A stretch of DNA of 30,269 nt from a virus (lineage: Duplodnaviria > Caudoviricetes), in IMG/VR virus record IMGVR_UViG_3300037751_000150, positions 1 to 30,269 of that record; one strand, written 5' to 3'. The position numbers and the translations under genes are program-made. Numbering within the stretch: the first letter of the stretch is position 1; each line of letters opens with the position of its first letter. The notes beneath the pieces are model-generated. The model was not told the origin of the DNA. It did no database searches and saw only the letters and a program-made list of their open reading frames with translations. This document shows, piece by piece, positions 17,877 through 24,794 of the stretch.

Positions 17877-18168
17877 AGATCAACTCTGAATGATGATAAA
17901 CACCGTCGAAATCTTTAATATCCGCACCTTTGACAATTGTAAAAGTATCCCCATCAACAACAACTTCATTACCAACTTTATCACTAACTGTCACTTCATC
18001 TGTGAAAATTATACCCTTACCGAGAAAAGTAGTTTCCCCTTGGGTACTACGGAATTGGCTATCGCGTTCAATTATGCCATAATAGGTCGTTGAGACTGTG
18101 TCTGTAATTGTCCCGTATTTATCCTTAGTGACAGTTTTAAGGATAAATGTCTCAGCTTTAGGTATCAT
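17869..18168 (-). CDS. Head closure (stopper) protein
   Basis: 99-aa beta-rich ORF with DKYG near the N-terminus; second gene after the capsid gene. Confidence 0.6.
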   Translation of the reverse strand: MIPKAETFILKTVTKDKYGTITDTVSTTYYGIIERDSQFRSTQGETTFLGKGIIFTDEVTVSDKVGNEVVVDGDTFTIVKGADIKDFDGVYHHSELIYG

Positions 18169-18470
18169 GGCAGTTCTTTCGTGAATACCGAATCAGGGTA
18201 TTCAAAGTTATCATCCATCACAGCACTTGCAGCTTTGTGCATGTAGTTATTAATCTCTTTCCGAATTTCCTTTGGATCAATTACTTCAGAATACTTACCG
18301 ACAGTACGCCTAACTAAACCACGATGCTTTCGCAGGACCATCCGTAACACTTCTGCGCACACGAGATTAATATCTTCAATCTCGATTTTTGCGATAGCAT
18401 AGTTAATTGATGCATTGTCAATAACTGCTTCGCTTATCTGTAATTCAGTTCTGATAGTTTCGATAGTCAT
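18165..18470 (-). CDS. Head-tail adaptor protein
   Basis: Helical 101-aa ORF directly after the capsid gene; assignment rests mainly on synteny. Confidence 0.55.
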   Translation of the reverse strand: MTIETIRTELQISEAVIDNASINYAIAKIEIEDINLVCAEVLRMVLRKHRGLVRRTVGKYSEVIDPKEIRKEINNYMHKAASAVMDDNFEYPDSVFTKELP

Positions 18471-18486
18471 TTATCTAAACTCCCAA

Positions 18487-18517
18487 TAAGGGAGGGTCCA
18501 TTACAGACCCTCCCTTA
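18487..18517 (-). terminator. Stem-loop / probable leaky terminator after the major capsid gene
   Basis: Perfect 12-bp inverted repeat TAAGGGAGGGTC / GACCCTCCCTTA with a 7-nt loop; weak U-tract. Confidence 0.7.
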
Positions 18518-18528
18518 CTCAGTTGTAA

Positions 18529-19458
18529 TTAAGTCAGCGGAGCATCCACGAAAATACCAAGATCAGCGGCAACCAAACGCATGTCATGGTAGTTATGAAC
18601 TTCAACCCGAGTCGCACCATGCGTTTCGAGGTCGATAGTTTTGACTTTGTAACCGTTTTTACCATAAGCCGACCAACCGAAGTTGTAACCTGCACTCGGA
18701 GATTCGAGCGAAGGATTGTCGGTGACATGCAGGAGCAGGAACTTGTCGCCAGCGATATACTGCATACTGGCACTCGCACCAAAAGCCGCCGAGTCATACA
18801 CGGCAGTCAGGATAACCAGTTCTTCAATTTCAAGCATACGTGCCAGCATTTCAACAGTCACGTTTTGAGAACTGGTGTACTTGAGTTGATCCTTCACTTG
18901 TGCATGACGCTTGAGAACATCGAAAACCTTTTTCGACGTAACGCCCTTGTTCGGCTCCATGGCAGTTGCAGATTCCATAGTACGTTTATGGCCGTCAATG
19001 TCTTCCATCGGAGTCGAGTTTGCAGCATCCCACTTAGTCGAAGGCGCATTAGCATCAGTGCCCCAGACACCAGTAGTGAAAAACCGCGTTACCCAGTCAA
19101 CTTCGTCGAAAGTAGAGATAATCTGACTCACACGACGAGTTGCCGCTTTGAGAGGATTCAGCGGTTTCGGGTCATTCAAAATGTACTCTTCAGCAACATC
19201 TTCGTGGTGGGAAATATCTTGGCAACTATAAGCTGCCGTCCCACGACCATGCCGCGAACCACTCGATTCAGTTCCCGGTACACGAATAGTTGCTTCATTC
19301 TTAAACCAGTACTCTTTGTCCCAAGTGGGATACGAGGAACTCATGAGAGTAACCGAACAAAGAGGGAAAATCTTTGTCGCTTTGAATTTTTTCGGGTCTT
19401 GCATGTACTTCAGACCAACTTTTGTAAGGGTCTGAGTATATTTTGATTGCAAAGGCAT
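18529..19458 (-). CDS. Major capsid protein (HK97 fold, lambda gpE-like family)
   Basis: 309 aa after the protease and decoration genes; KWDAANSTPMEDI...EPN...VFDVLKRHAQV...PSAGYNF; SD AAGGAG; followed by a hairpin. Confidence 0.88.
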   Translation of the reverse strand: MPLQSKYTQTLTKVGLKYMQDPKKFKATKIFPLCSVTLMSSSYPTWDKEYWFKNEATIRVPGTESSGSRHGRGTAAYSCQDISHHEDVAEEYILNDPKPLNPLKAATRRVSQIISTFDEVDWVTRFFTTGVWGTDANAPSTKWDAANSTPMEDIDGHKRTMESATAMEPNKGVTSKKVFDVLKRHAQVKDQLKYTSSQNVTVEMLARMLEIEELVILTAVYDSAAFGASASMQYIAGDKFLLLHVTDNPSLESPSAGYNFGWSAYGKNGYKVKTIDLETHGATRVEVHNYHDMRLVAADLGIFVDAPLT

Positions 19459-19483
19459 AATTTGTCTCCTTATTAGTTATTGG

Positions 19484-19834
19484 TTATTTGATAATGCAAG
19501 TACGCAGTTCGCCGGAGTCGCCGCCTTCCAGCAGGACACCGCAAACCAGATCATCATCGCCATCAACTGCATCAGTATCAGCAGTATGTGCGACAGCTTT
19601 ACCGGAAGCATCAGAAATAAACATAGCGCCAGCAGTCAGAGTAGCGCCAAGCAGTACGAGAGCAGTACCGCTAATTTGCACTGAGGCTTTTGTTTCAGAA
19701 GCATCCGTACCTTCGACCAACACGCCAACACCACGCAATGTTGCACTCAGAGTACCAGCACCCGAGATAATTGCGCCACGCGGAGTGGAAGCGGGAACAC
19801 TCATTGTAATAAGAACTTCACCTTGACCAGCCAT
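19484..19834 (-). CDS. Capsid decoration/cement protein (DUF2190-like)
   Basis: Small G/A-rich ORF, V.ISG.A.V.LGATLTAG...SDASGKAV...GVLLE, between the protease and capsid genes. Confidence 0.75.
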   Translation of the reverse strand: MAGQGEVLITMSVPASTPRGAIISGAGTLSATLRGVGVLVEGTDASETKASVQISGTALVLLGATLTAGAMFISDASGKAVAHTADTDAVDGDDDLVCGVLLEGGDSGELRTCIIK

Positions 19835-19863
19835 AATGTATCTCCTTTATACGTTGATAAGAA

Positions 19864-20319
19864 TTACGCTCTGAACAACTCAGGGAACTCAGCCATTGCT
19901 TTTTCTTCAGCTTCTTCAGTAGAACACTTATCCCGCGCTTCGATCATGTCGATAGCACTGTCGATAGTATTCACATGAGTATCTTGACCTTCAACAGAGG
20001 CGTCGGGAGTTTCAACTTGAAACTCTGCCAGCATTTTGTCGATAGTTTCTTGACGGGCCGAAATTTGTTTGTGAATAAGTGCCACTGCATTTTCATCCAT
20101 ACCCATCAGTGAGTTAATGAAGTCACCATCAACATCACAACCAGCAAACTGCTCTTCCAGTGCCACACGTTTTGCATCTTGAGCAGCTTTGGTGTCACGT
20201 TCTGCAATTTCAGCTTGAAGTTTCTCATTCCTTTGTTCAGCAAGAACAAGTTTCTCCGACAGGGTTTTCATTGTTGCTTGCATTTCATCAACTTGCACTT
20301 TCAACTTGTCATCAGCCAT
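19864..20319 (-). CDS. Nested in-frame scaffolding protein (Nu3-like, 151 aa)
   Basis: Internal AGGAG-8 nt-ATG (MADDKLKVQ...) right after the protease domain; acidic coiled coil. Confidence 0.7.
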   Translation of the reverse strand: MADDKLKVQVDEMQATMKTLSEKLVLAEQRNEKLQAEIAERDTKAAQDAKRVALEEQFAGCDVDGDFINSLMGMDENAVALIHKQISARQETIDKMLAEFQVETPDASVEGQDTHVNTIDSAIDMIEARDKCSTEEAEEKAMAEFPELFRA

Positions 20320-21144
20320 TTTTTCGTCTCCTAACTTAGAGGCTAGTGAGATAGCATCTTCAAGAGTACCCATGCTATCTGCGAGTTTTAAATCAATTGC
20401 TTGTTGCCCAATAAAGATTGACCCGAGTGCAATGTCCTTAAGGACTACATCGCGATCAATCGACCGATTTTCCGAAACTGCATCTACAAATAAACCATAA
20501 AATGTATCAGTTATACTTTGAAGATATTCTTTTGCATCGCTACTTAAAGGCTCTGAAGGATTACCAGCAGCTTTGTACTTACCGGCATAGATATAAGTAT
20601 CTTTAACTCCCTCATTCTCAAGTGCTTTTGAATGGTCACGATGTTTACTAATTACCCCAACCGAACCAACACATGAGGTTTCAAATACAACAATGTGTCG
20701 TGCCGCAGAACCAATCCAATAAGCAGCACTTGCCATTGTTCCATCTGCATAGGCAATTACAGGTTTAATTGCATCAACGGACTTGATATAATCCGCAAGT
20801 TCCTTTGTACCTTCAACTGTGCCACCGGGACTGCTTATAGTTAACACGATACCAGATATCTCAGGATTTGCAAGAGCCGCTTTGATATCTGCTTTAATAT
20901 CAAGAGTAGTTCGTACTCCTGACATTGCTTGTAGTCCATAGGCTTTTTTTACCAATGTACCTTCAATGGGGATAACTGCGATCTTGCCTTGAGTGAATTG
21001 TTCAGTTGTACTCTCGGACAGTTTTACATTCTTACCTGAGATAAATTGCCCGAGTACAGCTTCAAGCTGTTCAAGTTTCTCAGGAAGAATCGCCCAAGGG
21101 GTTGAAGTGAAGAATTTAATAAGTGAATGACCTTTAGCTGGCAT
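19864..21144 (-). CDS. Prohead protease, S49 (SppA / lambda gpC-like), with C-terminal scaffold
   Basis: PWAILPE, IAVIPIEGTL, ISSPGGTV, MASAAYWIGS, VGSVGV, AGKYKAAGNP motifs. Confidence 0.92.
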   Translation of the reverse strand: MPAKGHSLIKFFTSTPWAILPEKLEQLEAVLGQFISGKNVKLSESTTEQFTQGKIAVIPIEGTLVKKAYGLQAMSGVRTTLDIKADIKAALANPEISGIVLTISSPGGTVEGTKELADYIKSVDAIKPVIAYADGTMASAAYWIGSAARHIVVFETSCVGSVGVISKHRDHSKALENEGVKDTYIYAGKYKAAGNPSEPLSSDAKEYLQSITDTFYGLFVDAVSENRSIDRDVVLKDIALGSIFIGQQAIDLKLADSMGTLEDAISLASKLGDEKMADDKLKVQVDEMQATMKTLSEKLVLAEQRNEKLQAEIAERDTKAAQDAKRVALEEQFAGCDVDGDFINSLMGMDENAVALIHKQISARQETIDKMLAEFQVETPDASVEGQDTHVNTIDSAIDMIEARDKCSTEEAEEKAMAEFPELFRA

Positions 21145-21146
21145 AA

Positions 21147-22439
21147 TTATTTCTCCTCTTTTTCTTTCGAGTCAGTTTTATTTTCATTATCATTCTCTGG
21201 TGCTTTTGTGTCTTCGTATGCAAGTTTAGTATCGGCTATCCTGACACTATTAGGATCAGCATCAGGCATACCGAAACGATCTCGCAAAAATTCCTCAAGC
21301 CGATCATCAGGAGTGATAACATTGAACTTGAGCATCCTACCAAGGAATGATGCTAAGTCATTCGGGTTAATGCGCTCAATTCCGACAGGTTTAACATAGG
21401 GGCGCTTTTCCAGTTTGTTGAATAACTGAAGTGCTGGTGCGCCAATGAATTGATTATTAATAACCTCTGCGAAAGATTTCGCGAAGCCTTCAATCGCAAT
21501 GTGAAATAACGACGATTGTTCTTTTGCGAGTGCGAATGACCCACTTGAGCTAGTCACACCAAGAACGAGAAACTGAGAAAGCATTGAAAGTGCGATGTTA
21601 TTGGCGTATCTGTTTATGGTGGTATTGAGGTCAAACTGTCTGTCCCCCGGACTTGCAAGCAACTTTGCTTCCCAACCATGAGGTAACACAAGACCTTCTT
21701 GTGCATTACGTTTAACATTTCTTACAATCTGCCATGCCCATTGTCCAACATCATTCAATTGACCTTTTTCATCTTGTAACTCTTGATCTTCAGGCGCTTG
21801 GAGGACAAACAATCCTACCAAGTCACGTTCGATACCGATAGCTTCAATCTTTTCAATATTAGTCTTGTAATACCAATCACGATAGGCATTACGAAAGAGA
21901 CTCTTACCAAGTGGACTTGCTTGTGTTGGAGCCGAACGAAAGATAAGGCACTTATTCGCTTTAATTGTAGCATCAATTCCTTCGGTAGTACGTTGCACGA
22001 TAGAGATAACTTTACCATGTCTGTCGTGATTCCATTCGTCCAAAGTAGTTTGCGGACGGAAGTACATGTCTCTCCAATGTACGTGGCCATTTTCATCTTT
22101 TTCACTCAATACAACTTCCATGACAGAATGACCGAATACAAATGCAGATACAATGTCATTCATATTACCAATAAAATCTACATTCTTCAAAGATTGTTTA
22201 AGTATCCCATCAGGATCATCGAAAGTTTTCCATTCAATAGAACGGAAAATTTCCGCCAGTGCAAGCATAACAGCCCCACAGACAGGATCAGTGAGGTACA
22301 TAGTATTGAACTCTTTTATTCTCTTTTCTTCTGATAAGCTGTCTTGAATAATTGTATCAGTATCAAGAGAGAATTGTCCAACTACTTTTTGATACCCTGT
22401 TAGTTTTGTATTCGGTTTAGTTTTTTTAGATTTTAACAA
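21147..22439 (-). CDS. Portal protein (DUF935 / Mu gp29-like); start uncertain
   Basis: 430 aa between terL and the protease; DP...FGHSVMEVV, PLGKSLFR.AY..W..K, IERD..G, LSQFL.LG...GSFALA. Confidence 0.85.
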   Translation of the reverse strand: MLKSKKTKPNTKLTGYQKVVGQFSLDTDTIIQDSLSEEKRIKEFNTMYLTDPVCGAVMLALAEIFRSIEWKTFDDPDGILKQSLKNVDFIGNMNDIVSAFVFGHSVMEVVLSEKDENGHVHWRDMYFRPQTTLDEWNHDRHGKVISIVQRTTEGIDATIKANKCLIFRSAPTQASPLGKSLFRNAYRDWYYKTNIEKIEAIGIERDLVGLFVLQAPEDQELQDEKGQLNDVGQWAWQIVRNVKRNAQEGLVLPHGWEAKLLASPGDRQFDLNTTINRYANNIALSMLSQFLVLGVTSSSGSFALAKEQSSLFHIAIEGFAKSFAEVINNQFIGAPALQLFNKLEKRPYVKPVGIERINPNDLASFLGRMLKFNVITPDDRLEEFLRDRFGMPDADPNSVRIADTKLAYEDTKAPENDNENKTDSKEKEEK

Positions 22440-23844
22440 AACTAGACTCCTGTGCGAGATTATTATTCATCTGGACGAATGCGTTCAAGTTAGGCATACT
22501 ATAGTCTAACTTGCCAAGGTCGAAATGTCTATAGGTACTCAGCATAAGACTATCACTAAAGTCGGGTGAAAATCTAAGTCGTGATTTTACTTTAGCTTTG
22601 TCGATTACTTGTTTTGGTGTCCTGTCAGGTATAAATGACGTCTCAGGGAGTTCCAATATATATCTATCATGGAATGGCAGCATGAGTAGATCGAAATTAG
22701 CAGCGAGTTCACTATACAACTCAGAGCGTACATTTCTATACGCTTCGGGATCATTCGGACGAGCATTTGGAACTACCTTGTATGTTTTAAAACCATGCTT
22801 ACGCTTCAATTGGTCATAGATTGAAATTCCAATACCATTATACTCAGTGTATAACTCTGCTGCACCACGAGAGCGGCACATTATAGTTACTTTTTCAATT
22901 AAGTCATTTGTATCCCTATGACGAATTCGTTCGGGAGTGTAGATATATGCCCCACGACGAAATGTCAATACTGAAGAGTCATTCCTACCGGCCGCAGGGT
23001 CAAGACCAGCTACTAAGATAGTCTGCGGAATATCATTAACATCCATCGTATTCCAACGATCATTGGCGGCACGTACTTGGTCATAAGTTGCAACAATCTG
23101 GCCTTCACCACTTGGGAAGTCACCTTTTACTTTGGTTTTATACCAGTCAGATTCTTCTCCATATAAGTCCTTCATCCGCTCTACCCATTCTTGATCGACA
23201 AACGGGGAACGAAGAGAGCTTAGGGTATATGTAGACCATTTATCTTGATTCTTATTATGAGTGTCAAAGAAAAACCCATGTGCTCTAGTTGGGTTTCCGA
23301 CAAGAGCACAATAGACGTTCTTTTGAATCATTGAACCTTCAATACCTGCGAATACTGCATCAGGCACAGCAGAGGCTTCATCCACGAGGAATAGCAAATG
23401 AGGCGCATGGAAACCTGCGAGTACATCACCGAGTTTATCCTTAGCATCCTTCGGGATAGTACGCGCGACTATGAACCAATCCCGGTAGCCTTTTACATAT
23501 ATTTTGTTTTTAATAACGATCAATGATTCACGAATCATAGGAATTTTAATTTTCCGAATCCATGATTCCATTTCAGCGAACAGCAAATCCTCAAGTTGGT
23601 GCCCAGTTGGTGCGGTACATACTACTTTAGCTTCCAAATGAGTCGTGAGGAACCATAAAGCAGTAGTTGCCGCCCAAGTGGTTTTACCAGTCGTGGTACC
23701 AGATTTACCACTGACAAAGTGGTCTTCTATTAGTCCTGTGGATAATGCAAGTTGATCCTCAGTAATCTTAGCACCGAGGATTTCTTGCATCCAGAGAGGA
23801 TAATTATTCTGGTATCGACTTATGTACTCATTCGCTGATTTCAT
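22426..23844 (-). CDS. terL: Terminase large subunit
   Basis: Walker A SGTTTGKT, TAPT, Walker B LFLVDEAS, GNP coupling motif, nuclease GLDPA...D and SPDFSDSL. Confidence 0.95.
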   Translation of the reverse strand: MKSANEYISRYQNNYPLWMQEILGAKITEDQLALSTGLIEDHFVSGKSGTTTGKTTWAATTALWFLTTHLEAKVVCTAPTGHQLEDLLFAEMESWIRKIKIPMIRESLIVIKNKIYVKGYRDWFIVARTIPKDAKDKLGDVLAGFHAPHLLFLVDEASAVPDAVFAGIEGSMIQKNVYCALVGNPTRAHGFFFDTHNKNQDKWSTYTLSSLRSPFVDQEWVERMKDLYGEESDWYKTKVKGDFPSGEGQIVATYDQVRAANDRWNTMDVNDIPQTILVAGLDPAAGRNDSSVLTFRRGAYIYTPERIRHRDTNDLIEKVTIMCRSRGAAELYTEYNGIGISIYDQLKRKHGFKTYKVVPNARPNDPEAYRNVRSELYSELAANFDLLMLPFHDRYILELPETSFIPDRTPKQVIDKAKVKSRLRFSPDFSDSLMLSTYRHFDLGKLDYSMPNLNAFVQMNNNLAQESSFVKI

Positions 23845-23862
23845 TTGGTCTTATTTTCTAGT

Positions 23863-23931
23863 AAAAAGGCAACGTCACAGCACCCGTTGGAAACTTACTC
23901 ACTTGCCGATCCAAACCGTGACGTTGCCTTT
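23863..23931 (-). terminator. Long hairpin with U-tract directly upstream of terL
   Basis: Perfect 14-bp inverted repeat AAAGGCAACGTCAC / GTGACGTTGCCTTT enclosing 39 nt; ends in UUUUU on the minus strand. Confidence 0.65.
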
Positions 23932-23934
23932 AGG

Positions 23935-24315
23935 TTAACTGATAACAACTGAGTGGAAATAAAAAGCCTGTTTAGCACCAGTGCTAAGAGTAACTTCAAA
24001 TACAAGAGTTATTCTTTTATTCCTGTATGCGTCTCCGGGATATTTGAAAAACACATAAATAGAATTACTCCCAAGTGCTAAAGCCACATCAGTGTCAATC
24101 AGTGAGTCTGTGACTTCGACATACGCAGTCAAATCATCACCTGCATCAAGTGTACCTACAAATGCACGAATAGTAGCTGCAGTGATAGTTGCACCAAAAG
24201 GCAAAACTCCATCATTCGCAGTTTCCGATGTAGCACTAGGGAGGTTGAACGCAAATGGTCCCCAGTCGTCTGTGAAGTAGCCAATGGTTATATCATATGC
24301 GTCAAAGTCAGCCAT
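23935..24315 (-). CDS. Putative fibre adaptor / beta-sandwich virion protein (126 aa)
   Basis: SD GGAG; acidic and beta-rich; C-terminal TLVFEVTLSTG strand-turn-strand pattern; function inferred. Confidence 0.5.
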   Translation of the reverse strand: MADFDAYDITIGYFTDDWGPFAFNLPSATSETANDGVLPFGATITAATIRAFVGTLDAGDDLTAYVEVTDSLIDTDVALALGSNSIYVFFKYPGDAYRNKRITLVFEVTLSTGAKQAFYFHSVVIS

Positions 24316-24328
24316 GATTTAACTCCAA

Positions 24329-24694
24329 TTAAGTCGGATCAGCAATCTCATACTTGAATGCCGGGACTGTGACAGTACCGCCACTGGACAACTCTTGGGA
24401 AGTACAAGTAGTAACAAGCAACAGGGTAGTAGCGGTACAAATAGCGATATGTGTTGCAGTACCGGAAGTAGCTATGTCAATATCAGCTTGCTGTGCGACA
24501 GTTACTTTGCGCCCGTTAGTGTCACCGTCGGCATTACTAAAATCACCACCAGTGAGAGTATGAGCATCAATCAATGAAGCAGCAATAGCCGCTGCTCGGT
24601 CAGCAGGTTCAGAAGTACAAATATACAACTCAGTACCAGTTGCAACAATATCCAATGCTCCATCAAGTACAGTATTATCAACTTTTTTAGCCAT
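24329..24694 (-). CDS. Small virion structural (fibre subunit-like) protein, 121 aa
   Basis: Strong SD AAGGAG; A/T/G-rich beta pattern LDGALD...LYICTSEP...GRKVTV...SGTATHIA...GGTVTVPAF.YEI.DPT. Confidence 0.6.
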   Translation of the reverse strand: MAKKVDNTVLDGALDIVATGTELYICTSEPADRAAAIAASLIDAHTLTGGDFSNADGDTNGRKVTVAQQADIDIATSGTATHIAICTATTLLLVTTCTSQELSSGGTVTVPAFKYEIADPT

Positions 24695-24794
24695 GAGTTT
24701 TCTCCTTTTGTGGGATGAAGGTAGTGGTTACATTAACCACTACATTTTGAACATCAAGAACGACAGCCTTAGTGGGTTTTACTTTCTTTTTCAT
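24687..24794 (-). CDS. 35-aa mini-protein MKKKVKPTKAVVLDVQNVVVNVTTTFIPQKEKTHG, absent from the ORF track
   Basis: AAGGAG SD; the ATG directly follows the upstream TAA; its 3' end carries the SD of the next gene and overlaps that start. Confidence 0.65.
   Translation of the reverse strand: MKKKVKPTKAVVLDVQNVVVNVTTTFIPQKEKTHG

Noticed and set aside
18586-19446. 286-aa plus-strand ORF antisense to the major capsid gene
   Set aside because: A shadow ORF explained by codon bias of a highly expressed gene; no SD and no recognisable motifs
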